A DNA stretch of 64,000 nucleotides from Candidatus Bathyarchaeia archaeon (GTDB taxonomy: Archaea > Thermoproteota > Bathyarchaeia > Bathyarchaeales > Bathycorpusculaceae): positions 128,001 to 192,000 of the forward strand of contig JAVYWL010000003.1 in NCBI GenBank assembly GCA_038727135.1, written 5' to 3'. The notes below the pieces were generated by a model. It did no database searches. It saw only the letters and a list, made by a program, of their open reading frames with translations, and was not told the DNA's origin. This document shows positions 1-8,219 of this stretch, one piece after another; the first letter of the stretch is position 1, and each line of letters starts with the position of its first letter. The translations under genes and the position numbers were made by a program.

Positions 1-413
1 TCTCCTATAACGTCGTTGATTTCGCTAAGCTCTGAGGAAACCTCTGGTAAAACATCAAAGAGCTGTTTTGAGACGCTTTGGAGAGTTCTCAAGGCGGGTT
101 TTAGGTCTATGACTATGTCGCTTAGCTCTTTCACCGTTTCGAGGCGGAGGATAACCCTTTCAATGGCAAGCTCCACCTGCTGGAGAAAATTAATTAGCTT
201 TCGAACTTCGGCTAGCTCGTTTGCACATATTGCGGCCCTTTCCTTGTTGTTGGCTCTTAGTGCTGTTACGCATGTCTGGAATAGGTTTTTGTCTCTTTCC
301 TTCAGCCTCAGTGATGCTTGAACCACTTTATGTTGTTGGATTCGCAGTTTATGCACAGACTTGATTATAACTTCTCGTAGTGGTGGAGGGGTTTGGGTGA
401 AAGGGTTTTTTAT
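1..413 (-). CDS. ESCRT-III/Snf7 (CdvB-family) protein, partial (3' end outside window)
   Basis: Not in the ORF track. The minus frame reads ...NPFTQTPPPLREVIIKSVHKLRIQQ...AAICANELAEVRKL...LAIERVILRLETVKELSD, paralogous to ANELAEIRK...LEQIVLRLRTVSELGD at 1185-1847. An in-frame TAG lies just upstream, so the start is probably ATA at 413 behind GGAGGG. Confidence 0.85.
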   Translation of the reverse strand, partial: MKNPFTQTPPPLREVIIKSVHKLRIQQHKVVQASLRLKERDKNLFQTCVTALRANNKERAAICANELAEVRKLINFLQQVELAIERVILRLETVKELSDIVIDLKPALRTLQSVSKQLFDVLPEVSSELSEINDVIG

Positions 414-443
414 TTTTGCTCCCTCCGCCCGCTACGCAGAAGC

Positions 444-1169
444 CTATATCCCGGACTCGCCTGCTTCTTTCACGTAAACTATGACTGGGGGTTCTGGGAG
501 ACTTGGAGACGGGGGAGTTGGGGCTTCAACATGCTCTTCTTCGGTAACAGTTTTCGATGGCGCCTCTCCCAATAGAATGTTTGAAAGCTTGTTTTTCATG
601 CTTTCAAGGTCTGCCTTTTCTAAGTTTGCCCGTTTTAGGCATTCCTGAATTGTTGCAAACGCCGCTTGATAAGATTGGTCGTCAACCTCGCCTATCTCGT
701 GCTCCACTTCTAAGTGAACAAGCGCATAATTTAGCTCCCTAATCTCCTGGTTGCATCTTTCAATTTCTTTATCAATCCTTTCAAGCAAGGCTTGAGCTTC
801 GCTTTTAAGCTGGTTTAGGGCGCCTTCAAAACTCTTATGTAGGTCTTCATAAACTTCTTGGGAAATCTTCTTTTTCTCAAGAAGCTCTTTTAGAGCTTGG
901 TCTTTGCGCCATATAAGCGGAATCTGGTCGCAGAAAACCGCAGTATCATATTTAACTTTTGAAAGGAAAATTACTTCTGAACCTTCAACCTTTATTGTCC
1001 CAGCGGGATACTTAACGAAGCGCCCATCACTGTGCCTTATATAAACGGCGTCCACTCCACCGTGAGGCTTTACAGCTAGGGATGCCACCTCGCCTATTGG
1101 GCGTCCATACTCGTCTTTAATGACTTTGCCGAGGGACAAAAAAAGATTGGGATCTTGTGGCATGTACAC
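444..1169 (-). CDS. cdvA: CdvA-like cell division protein
   Basis: N-terminal PRC-barrel-like segment (LGKVIKDEYGRPIGEV), long coiled coil, Pro-rich linker and C-terminal beta-strand motif VIVYV; flanked by two Snf7 genes. Confidence 0.85.
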   Translation of the reverse strand: MYMPQDPNLFLSLGKVIKDEYGRPIGEVASLAVKPHGGVDAVYIRHSDGRFVKYPAGTIKVEGSEVIFLSKVKYDTAVFCDQIPLIWRKDQALKELLEKKKISQEVYEDLHKSFEGALNQLKSEAQALLERIDKEIERCNQEIRELNYALVHLEVEHEIGEVDDQSYQAAFATIQECLKRANLEKADLESMKNKLSNILLGEAPSKTVTEEEHVEAPTPPSPSLPEPPVIVYVKEAGESGI

Positions 1170-1184
1170 TCCTCCATTATGTTA

Positions 1185-1847
1185 TTAAGATGTTTCTGTT
1201 GTGGATTTTTCTGGAAGCGGCACTTGCGGGATCCCTGCCGGAAGCTCTGGGAACTTCTCCTTAATTTTCTGTTCAGCCACAGCTGCAGCCTCAGTAAGTA
1301 TTTTTTGGGCGTCTTCGTTAGCTGTTTCAAAGTTTATGGATAATCCTGTGCTTTGTCCAGCCTCAACTATTATTCCACTTAAAAGGTTGCCTATCTGCCC
1401 CAACTCCCTCTCCGCTTCTGGGAAGATGTTAGCCATTCCAGTTTTTACAGCTCTTAGCACGCTTACTGCAGGTCCAAGAGTTGAAACAACGTCTCCAAGC
1501 TCTGATACTGTGCGTAATCTTAAGACTATTTGTTCAAGGGCAAGCCTAGCCTGCATAATCATCTTTTCCATCTTTCTTATCTCAGCCAACTCGTTGGCAA
1601 AGACATTTGCCCGTGCCATGTCATGCTTTGTGTAAGCATCGACAATTCTTGCAAATATTGACTTGTCTCTCTGGCTGAACCTCTCACTTGCTTGGTCTAA
1701 CTTCTGTATTTGGAGTTCTATGCGGCGGACAGCCATGTCAAGCCTCGGCTTCAACGGACCCGGCGGCCTGACAGCTTCTTTGATGCGCTCTGTTAGTGGT
1801 TGCTCGTCGCGCCTCTCATCCCATCTTCTACTAAACTTTTCGGACAA
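1185..1847 (-). CDS. cdvB: ESCRT-III/Snf7 (CdvB-family) protein
   Basis: Snf7 core (ARANVFANELAEIRK, LEQIVLRLRTV) and a MIM2-like C-terminal FPELP motif. Start refined to TTG 1847 behind GGAGGA; the ORF track extends to 1922. Confidence 0.9.
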   Translation of the reverse strand: MSEKFSRRWDERRDEQPLTERIKEAVRPPGPLKPRLDMAVRRIELQIQKLDQASERFSQRDKSIFARIVDAYTKHDMARANVFANELAEIRKMEKMIMQARLALEQIVLRLRTVSELGDVVSTLGPAVSVLRAVKTGMANIFPEAERELGQIGNLLSGIIVEAGQSTGLSINFETANEDAQKILTEAAAVAEQKIKEKFPELPAGIPQVPLPEKSTTETS

Positions 1848-2067
1848 GCTTGATTCCTCCAAGAAGAGGCTTAAGGGGCTTGGCAAATCTTTATACATTC
1901 TTAATATGCCCGCATTATCCATGTATATATGTAGAGCTATATGTGCCAGCTGAAACCTTTTTGAGCTTTAATTTTCCAGTGAAAAGAACTCCTTGCCGCT
2001 TTCTCTGAAATAGACAAAAAAGTGTAAGTTAGACTAAAAAGAGGCTTATAATTCAATTCTAGGCTAG

Positions 2068-2295
2068 GTGGAAAAGATGGGCGAAAGATTAAAGGTATTC
2101 CTGTTTGTCGCCATACTGGGATTCATCGCCGGAGTCATAGCTGAACTAACAATTGAATACGTAGTCCCAGCGCTTGCAGCTATACTGCCAGCCATCTTCA
2201 GCGCAAAATACATACTATCGGGACTCGCAGGCGCCTTTCTAACACTCATAATCGTTAGCATATGGGCATACATCACAGGACCAAAAGAACCATAA
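2068..2295 (+). CDS. small two-TM membrane protein, unknown function
   Basis: 75-aa ORF with two hydrophobic segments, divergent from cdvB. Confidence 0.7.
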   Translation: MEKMGERLKVFLFVAILGFIAGVIAELTIEYVVPALAAILPAIFSAKYILSGLAGAFLTLIIVSIWAYITGPKEP

Positions 2296-2366
2296 CTTTC
2301 GAGCTTCCGTTCACCTTTTTACCCTTCCTTCAACGAATTGTTAGTTGATTGTATGGCTTTCATTTT

Positions 2367-2426
2367 GGACTCAGGAGCGGAAAAAACAATCATCAGTTCA
2401 GCGTACCTCGATGTCATCATCGTACC
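2367..2426 (-). ncRNA. C/D-box 2'-O-methylation guide sRNA
   Basis: Minus strand reads AUGAUGA (box C, 2420-2414), 12-nt guide CAUCGAGGUACG, CUGA (D'), UGAUGA (C'), 15-nt guide UUGUUUUUUCCGCUC, CUGA (D), with a short imperfect terminal stem. The D' guide is complementary to the conserved 23S sequence UACCUCGAUG. Confidence 0.9.
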
Positions 2427-2535
2427 GTGAAGATATTTCCCACCAAAACCTAAAAACCTATCGCAAACCCAAACAAAACATAACCACAACATCAAAAACA
2501 ACACCAACCTTCACCAAACCAGAAAAATGGGGGTT

Positions 2536-2853
2536 TTAAGCTGTGGGATATGCTGGAGCATAGAGGCTCCTATTGCTGTTTACGCATTTAACCCTCTGGT
2601 CTGCTGGCAAAACGCAACCCTCAAGCCTAACACCGTCAAAGTTTACACATGTAACACAAGCCTTCTCCCTGACAAGCCTAGAAACATGCCTCTTTAAGGC
2701 TTCCAAAAGCTCAAACACCTGCTGAGGCTTCAAAGATACATCAACGCCATGCCAAACATTCTCCTTATCGCTGTACTCAACGGCTAAAAGCTGAAGGTCT
2801 AAGCCGACGCTCTCAATGTAAAGCCTTCCAATACGAACAACCTCTTTAACCAT
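2536..2853 (-). CDS. hypothetical protein with C-terminal Cys cluster
   Basis: 105 aa, CxxC-x10-C-x9-C; GGTGG-like RBS and TATA box upstream. Confidence 0.65.
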   Translation of the reverse strand: MVKEVVRIGRLYIESVGLDLQLLAVEYSDKENVWHGVDVSLKPQQVFELLEALKRHVSRLVREKACVTCVNFDGVRLEGCVLPADQRVKCVNSNRSLYAPAYPTA

Positions 2854-2887
2854 CTTTTTCCACCAAGTAGAATATTCTCCACAGTAG

Positions 2888-2924
2888 TATATAAACTTTT
2901 CTACCTAGTAGAAAAATATAAATA
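2888..2924. promoter_or_regulatory. divergent promoters with central operator-like inverted repeat
   Basis: TTTTCTAC-cta-GTAGAAAA (2897-2915) lies between back-to-back TATA-like boxes serving the genes at 2853(-) and 2959(+). Confidence 0.6.
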
Positions 2925-2958
2925 TTCCAATCCATCTACTTCAAAATAGGAGAAAACC

Positions 2959-3111
2959 ATGAAAAGCATAAAAGTTGAAGATGATATTTACGTAGAACTT
3001 CTAAAACTAAAAGCATCCCTAACAGCCAAAGACGGCAAAACAAGAACCTTCACACAAGCCATAAAAGAACTTATCGAACACTACAAAAAACACCAAAAAG
3101 AGGAAAAATGA
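2959..3111 (+). CDS. ribbon-helix-helix DNA-binding protein (50 aa)
   Basis: Below the ORF-track cutoff: MKSIKVEDDIYVELLKLKASLTAKDGKTRTFTQAIKELIEHYKK, a beta-alpha-alpha RHH pattern; AGGAG RBS. Confidence 0.75.
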   Translation: MKSIKVEDDIYVELLKLKASLTAKDGKTRTFTQAIKELIEHYKKHQKEEK

Positions 3112-3115
3112 AACC

Positions 3116-3298
3116 ATGAGCTTCCCTGAAGGCATACTATGGGGAATAGGCTACAAGGAAGCAACCCAACACCTAAAACGTAAACCCAAAGTCATCTGCC
3201 ACAACTGCGGACACATCTACTATGCAAAGCTTGACAAATGTCCAAAATGCCACCATCCAAATGAAGACAAAAACCAACCCGCCTATTGGATAACCTAA
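3116..3298 (+). CDS. small zinc-ribbon protein
   Basis: CHNCGH-x8-CPKCHH; starts 4 bp after the RHH gene. Confidence 0.7.
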   Translation: MSFPEGILWGIGYKEATQHLKRKPKVICHNCGHIYYAKLDKCPKCHHPNEDKNQPAYWIT

Positions 3299-3299
3299 C

Positions 3300-3705
3300 A
3301 AACCCAACCTAGACCAAACCACAACAAAAACCCACAACCTTTTCCCACATTAAACAAGGAAACAAAAACACCACCAAACCACACACCCAAAAACCAAAAA
3401 CAACCACAAACCAAACAAAAAGAAACCACACCACAACCCAGTGTACTATCTCTACACATATATACTTAAATTTAAGTATATATGTGTAGAGATACTCTAT
3501 TTCGATGTAGTTTTGGTTCATGTTGTTGTGGTTTGGGTTTTGGTTGTGGTTTTGTGGTTTTTTGTTGGTTTGGTGGGGGGTTATGTAGGCTGATTGTTTC
3601 TGTATTGGATATTACGCTTTCATTAACTTTGGTGAAGGTTGGTTGGGTGGGGCTGTTTTGTGTGGGTTGGGTTGCTTGATTTGTTCAAGTAGCTGGAGCT
3701 TGAAA
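3300..3705. repeat. perfect 48-bp palindrome (3447-3494) flanked by an A/C-rich arm (left) and a G/T-rich arm (right)
   Basis: TATCTCTACACATATATACTTAAA|TTTAAGTATATATGTGTAGAGATA. The arms mirror each other in composition but are not exact reverse complements. Confidence 0.95.
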
Positions 3706-3708
3706 TGT

Positions 3709-4179
3709 TCAAGTTGGGGGTTTGGGTTGTTTTAGGGTTTGGTATTCGCTTCTTAGTGTGTCTAGGTTTTGGAAGGTGTTGAGGATGAGTAGTTCGAGTT
3801 TGCTTATGATGTTTGGGTCTAGTTTGCGGGGTTCTGCGTAAACCTTTTCGTAGTAGTCGAGGATGAGGTCTATGCGTTGTTGGATTTGTTCTGGTTTGTC
3901 CCATTTTAGGCGGTTGACACAGTATTCGAATATGTCATGCATGGTTTTGAAGACGAAGCCTACGTATGTGGTTATTAGGTAGCTTCTGCCTTCGAGGCTT
4001 CCTAAGAGGTCTAAAGTGGAATAATGTAGGTAATGTTTAACATATTCTCGAAAACTTCTTGCTTTTTGGATGGCTTCTTGTCTTCTTAGAAGGCTGTATT
4101 GAACATAGTATTCTTTCAGTTTTTGGGCTGTGAGCTCGTTTAGCCTATGCAGGTCTTCAGGTTTAATCTCTCTATACAT
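3709..4179 (-). CDS. hypothetical helical protein
   Basis: 156-aa ORF with protein-like composition; AT-rich promoter-like region at 4180-4260. Confidence 0.65.
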   Translation of the reverse strand: MYREIKPEDLHRLNELTAQKLKEYYVQYSLLRRQEAIQKARSFREYVKHYLHYSTLDLLGSLEGRSYLITTYVGFVFKTMHDIFEYCVNRLKWDKPEQIQQRIDLILDYYEKVYAEPRKLDPNIISKLELLILNTFQNLDTLRSEYQTLKQPKPPT

Positions 4180-4285
4180 ATGCGAAAAAGTTTAAACTCT
4201 GATATTTAAAGTTTATATTTGCCTATATATCTTTAAACATTACTAAAGAGAATATAGGTTTAAGCATGGGGGAACGTCTCAGGGG

Positions 4286-4510
4286 ATGGCTGTAAGCTCG
4301 ACAATTCCAAAACATATGTTGAAAAGGTTGCTCCTCGACAAGCTTAAAAGCCTAGAAAAGAGGGTTTGCTTCATGTGTAGTTTTCAAAACGCCAGAAGCC
4401 CAATAACCAGAAGGCTTGCATGTAGAAAATGCGAGGTTAAAAAGGGCTTCAGAGAAGTTAGAAAACTGATTTACCAAACTTACCATTTAAGGTCTAAACA
4501 AAAACGGTGA
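4286..4510 (+). CDS. small basic CxxC...CxxC protein
   Basis: CFMC-x14-CRKC. Confidence 0.55.
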   Translation: MAVSSTIPKHMLKRLLLDKLKSLEKRVCFMCSFQNARSPITRRLACRKCEVKKGFREVRKLIYQTYHLRSKQKR

Positions 4511-4775
4511 GCCTCTTCTCCCAAATAAAATTTGGACAGTTAATGCATTTAACCTTAAACATGCATGAAGGATTAACCTCACGAACCATTGGAAGATTGA
4601 TATAGCGTCTTTTCAAAGTGCAATATGGCATCGACCTACCCCTCTCAACCATAACAACTAAAGTGTAGCCTCGACGTCTTCCACCACCACCCCTAAACAC
4701 CCTCCTAGAAGCTCGATAAACATCACCCACAAGCTCCTCCAAAACCCTAACCTCAGGCAAACCAACAACCCCCAA
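4494..4775 (-). CDS. small basic Cys-rich protein
   Basis: C-terminal C...C...CINC; follows 4786-5388 on the same strand. Confidence 0.55.
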   Translation of the reverse strand: MGVVGLPEVRVLEELVGDVYRASRRVFRGGGGRRRGYTLVVMVERGRSMPYCTLKRRYINLPMVREVNPSCMFKVKCINCPNFIWEKRLTVFV

Positions 4776-4785
4776 AAGTTATTTT

Positions 4786-5388
4786 TTAACGGTCACCCTC
4801 CTCAGACAACTTCAAAGTAAACTCACGGCATTTCAAATTCGGGCACCCAAAACAATCGTTCAGGGGTAACCTCTCCAAAGCGACATGCTCATTTCTCAGA
4901 CCACAATACCAGCTCCCCCCACCCAATACAACAACATTCTTACTATAACGCCTAGGCCGACTCTGAACGTATTGCTCAAATCTCACTTCATCAACCTTAA
5001 TAGGCGACTCAATTAACCGCCTCAAAGTATTGCCGTAAGCATGCTTTTCTAATGTTGTTTTTAGCACGTGTAATGCCATGTATTTTTGGAGGATTTTGCA
5101 AGCAGACTCTTTTTTTTCCTTAACAACCAAATTGAAGGCTTTTCTAAGGTTTTCTGGACAATCAAAGCTTACATGAACGATTTTTCCGCCAAACAAGTCT
5201 TTAAAATGCTCCTCGAAAAGTCCATCAAAAAGCATGCTAAAAGCACTACTTTGATCCGTTTGTTTGTTACGTTTTCTGGTTTTGGCTTTGGCGTGATTGA
5301 TTACTCTTATCGTCTCATGTATTGCGATAATGTATTTAGCTCGATTGTTACAAAAAGATTTATAAGGGTTTAATAGGTTCTTGTACAT
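4786..5388 (-). CDS. hypothetical protein with RHH-like segment and C-terminal Zn-binding motif
   Basis: VHVSFDCPENLRKAFNLVVK...ACKILQKYM (RHH-like) and C-terminal C...CFGC...C; start uncertain. Confidence 0.55.
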   Translation of the reverse strand: MYKNLLNPYKSFCNNRAKYIIAIHETIRVINHAKAKTRKRNKQTDQSSAFSMLFDGLFEEHFKDLFGGKIVHVSFDCPENLRKAFNLVVKEKKESACKILQKYMALHVLKTTLEKHAYGNTLRRLIESPIKVDEVRFEQYVQSRPRRYSKNVVVLGGGSWYCGLRNEHVALERLPLNDCFGCPNLKCREFTLKLSEEGDR

Positions 5389-5569
5389 GTGGGGACGCCA
5401 CCCCTTTTTTCAGAGTTTTTATTATGTATTTGAATTTTTAAAGTTTTTGGGTTTTTTGGGTTTCTTTTGTGGTTTTGGGTTTTTAATGGGTTTATAGTTG
5501 CATAATAGGATAGTAATATGGTAGTTTTTTGAAAATAACCGCTTTTCTGGCTTATTACATGTGTAAGTT

Positions 5570-6793
5570 TTAGGCTGTGCCTTTCAGTAGTTCTGGATGC
5601 TTCTTATAGAACTCTATTAGGAATTGCATCATGTCTGTTTTCTTTAAGGTCTCGATTATTGTTAGGGCTTCTTCATATCTTTTCTGCATTTGGTTGAGTT
5701 GGTTTCTTAGTTTCTCGATTTCGGCTCTCTGTTCTTCTATTAGCCTTTCAACGTGTGTGGGTTGGTATAGCCTTAGGCTTTCATATCCTTTCTTGTATAG
5801 TTGCCTATGATATTCTGGGTCTGTGCTTAGGTAGTGGGTTGCTGTGCTTGTGTGTCCCATCCAAAACTCAACGTAGGCTGAGTCTATTGCTGAAGCCATA
5901 AACTTGCGGAAAGCCTTTCTTAGGCAGTAGAGCCTTAAAGGTTTAGGCTTTTTGCCTTGAGCCTCGACAAGCTTGAGCTTCTTGACGTAAACGTTGAACC
6001 TTTGGCTCATGGCTTGAGCCGTGAGCTTCTGGTTTGCAGGCTTCTCAGTTACAAAAACATAATCATCATCCTTTAAAGGCAACCTATGAGCCAGATAGGT
6101 CTTTAAAGCCTTAACTCCATCCTCGCCTATAAAAGTCCACCTTTGGCTAACCCTACACTTCAAAATGTCTGGAGTCAAGTCTATACGCATGGGAACGTTG
6201 CCAAAATCGTTTTTGATATGCTTCCACTTCAAATTAGCCAAGGTTTCAGGTCTCATTCCACTTTCATAAAGGATAAGCCAAATCGCCCTATCCCTAACAT
6301 CTGAGTTATCCAGAATAAGCCTAAGCTCATCCTTAGTTATGTCCCTGTTATGATAAACAATATACGGATACCTAATCCTTAAAGGCTTAGCTGGAATGTC
6401 AAAGGCATGGAGAAAACTCATTATGGTGCTCATTCTCCGCTTAACACTTAAAGGTGTAAGCCTACCCTTCAACAAGGCAAAATAATCCCTAAGAACATCG
6501 TTAAGCTCATCCAAAAACCTCTCCCTAGAGGCTTCACCATTATATTTGGCTTCCCTCCATTTCTGAGGCAAAACCTTAACATCTAAACCATAATTCTCAA
6601 AAACCCACCTCTCAAACTCCAAAATGTCTTGACGATAACGCCTCTTAGTGTTCTCGCTCTCCGTAACTTGGCTAAGCCAAACCTCATAAACGTCCCGCAT
6701 AAGGCTTAACCCCTCCGAAAATAGCTTAAGAAGGCTCCCCCTATATAAATCTTCACTATATTGTGAAAATTCCTCGATCTCTTCATCGTCCAA
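5570..6793 (-). CDS. tyrosine recombinase/integrase
   Basis: ESGMRPE (catalytic R), YCLRK in the HxxR position, FWMGH and catalytic Y in ATHYL; N-terminal SAM-like domain and C-terminal coiled coil. Confidence 0.93.
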   Translation of the reverse strand: MDDEEIEEFSQYSEDLYRGSLLKLFSEGLSLMRDVYEVWLSQVTESENTKRRYRQDILEFERWVFENYGLDVKVLPQKWREAKYNGEASRERFLDELNDVLRDYFALLKGRLTPLSVKRRMSTIMSFLHAFDIPAKPLRIRYPYIVYHNRDITKDELRLILDNSDVRDRAIWLILYESGMRPETLANLKWKHIKNDFGNVPMRIDLTPDILKCRVSQRWTFIGEDGVKALKTYLAHRLPLKDDDYVFVTEKPANQKLTAQAMSQRFNVYVKKLKLVEAQGKKPKPLRLYCLRKAFRKFMASAIDSAYVEFWMGHTSTATHYLSTDPEYHRQLYKKGYESLRLYQPTHVERLIEEQRAEIEKLRNQLNQMQKRYEEALTIIETLKKTDMMQFLIEFYKKHPELLKGTA

Positions 6794-6839
6794 AATAACA
6801 AAGTGTTAACGAAATTATTTATGTTTTTCAAAACGTTTT

Positions 6840-7367
6840 ATGTGTGGAAGGTGCGGAAAATCTTTGGAAGGAAGCCATATTAAAAATTATCGTTTAAGGC
6901 TTGAGAACGCCTCGAGTTATAGTGACATATGGGAGGTTGTTAAGGACACTGTTGCCTTTTCCTTAAACCAGCGGAGGGCTGGAATAATGCTTTTCCTTGA
7001 CGACTTGCCCATACAGTTGGGAGCTTACCACCCCATTGGAACAAACAACATTGTTTTGAACAGCATCCTTGTTAGGGCTGTTGAAGCCTCTACAAATTCG
7101 AAGCGTGTTGTAAACGCCTTAATCTATAATCTGCTTCTCCACGAATATCTCCATGCCTTAGGGCATGTCTCGGAATTGAAGGTTAGGCAGCTGGTATATT
7201 ATATTGCAAGAGAGTGCTTTGGCGAGGAACACATAGCCACAGCCATAGCCAAAAGCAGCCCGTGGGCTTTGCTGAAGAGCATACCCCTGGACAAGGCATT
7301 TCACGCCAGACGAGTCATGGAAATTGTTAAGGACTTTGAGAAGACGGACCAAAAATACATAGTTTAG
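6840..7367 (+). CDS. HEXXH zincin-like metalloprotein
   Basis: LLHEYLHALGH motif; N-terminal CxxC. Confidence 0.75.
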   Translation: MCGRCGKSLEGSHIKNYRLRLENASSYSDIWEVVKDTVAFSLNQRRAGIMLFLDDLPIQLGAYHPIGTNNIVLNSILVRAVEASTNSKRVVNALIYNLLLHEYLHALGHVSELKVRQLVYYIARECFGEEHIATAIAKSSPWALLKSIPLDKAFHARRVMEIVKDFEKTDQKYIV

Positions 7368-7385
7368 GAAGGGCGAATGCAAATT

Positions 7386-8219
7386 ATGTGCGGCATATTT
7401 GGCTACATACTGAAAAAGCCGATAGAAGTCGCATACGCCTTAAAAGTTCTTCAGAAACTTGAGAGGCATCAATACCCAAACGAGCCAAAACCCGTTGGGG
7501 GCTACGGTGCCGGAATAGCCATCTTCACAAGCTCTGGAATGGTGTTGCTTGAAAAAGTTGGAAAGGTTGATGGTCCACCAGCGGAACACTTGGCTAAAAC
7601 ATGCAAGTTTGACACAGCATCGGTTTTGATTGGACATGTGCGGTTGCCAAGCCCATGGTTTATGGAAACAGCCCATTTTAGGGAGACAGCCCAACCATAT
7701 GTTGTGCAGTGTTTTTCTGGCTTAACGGTGATTTCAGCCCACAACGGAAACGTGACAAACTATAAGGCTATTCGAGAAAGGCTTAGCGGAAAACACCTTT
7801 TCGAGTCCGAGAGAGCTGAGCTTATAGACTCCGAAGTTATACCACACTTGTTTGAAGAGCTTCTACTCGAGAAAGGCTGCCCAGAAGAAGCCCTAAACAC
7901 GCTTTACTTAGCCGTAGATGGACCAAACACCATAAGCCTCCTTCAAATCGAGAAAGGGCGAACGCTTCTACATTTCCTTCATAAGGGGAAGACGAGAGGC
8001 TTAACTATATGGAAAAATAGGAGAGGCGAAGTTATTTTCTGTTCGAGAAAAGAACCGTTGATGGAAACGCTGGGCTTTTTCCTTGATAAAGGCAATTTTG
8101 TGGAGCATTTGTCCATCCCGCATGACAAAGAGGGAAACTTTAAAGTAACCTTCACTTTTAGTCTAAGGGAAAAGCTATTAGGACGGAGCCAAAAATGTTC
8201 AGAGAAATGTCACAGTTGA
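7386..8219 (+). CDS. class II (Ntn) glutamine amidotransferase domain protein
   Basis: MCGIFG N-terminus, IGHVR, AQPY, AHNG, DSEV motifs; stand-alone domain. Confidence 0.85.
   Translation: MCGIFGYILKKPIEVAYALKVLQKLERHQYPNEPKPVGGYGAGIAIFTSSGMVLLEKVGKVDGPPAEHLAKTCKFDTASVLIGHVRLPSPWFMETAHFRETAQPYVVQCFSGLTVISAHNGNVTNYKAIRERLSGKHLFESERAELIDSEVIPHLFEELLLEKGCPEEALNTLYLAVDGPNTISLLQIEKGRTLLHFLHKGKTRGLTIWKNRRGEVIFCSRKEPLMETLGFFLDKGNFVEHLSIPHDKEGNFKVTFTFSLREKLLGRSQKCSEKCHS

Larger units (their letters stand above)
2440..6830. mobile_element. small integrative element (tyrosine integrase plus small RHH/Zn-finger genes); boundaries approximate
   Basis: Integrase plus seven short orphan ORFs, low-complexity AC/GT tracts and lower GC than the flanking genes. 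No att direct repeat was found. Confidence 0.7.

Noticed and set aside
1970-1990. TTCCAGTGAAA as a mini-ORB
   Set aside because: Single imperfect copy without a G-string, about 20 kb from cdc6.
2353-2430. Plus-strand peptide MAFILDSGAEKTII resembling a retropepsin active-site motif
   Set aside because: Only 25 codons, and the sequence is fully explained as the antisense of the C/D-box sRNA.
3300-3705. CRISPR array or true telomeric tandem repeat
   Set aside because: No fixed repeat unit or spacer periodicity, and no cas genes in the window.
3309-3904. ORFs 3309-3521, 3482-3679 and 3623-3904 (also 2319-2507 and 2345-2539)
   Set aside because: Products of low-complexity tracts or shadows of real features.
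5495-5525. dif-like site GTTGCATAATAGGATAGTAATATGG downstream of the integrase
   Set aside because: The right arm does not match a Xer-type palindrome and no partner site was found.
2373-6860. AGGAGCGGAAAA (2373) versus AGGTGCGGAAAA (6849) as attL/attR
   Set aside because: Short, imperfect and purine-rich, with no flanking similarity; could easily be chance.
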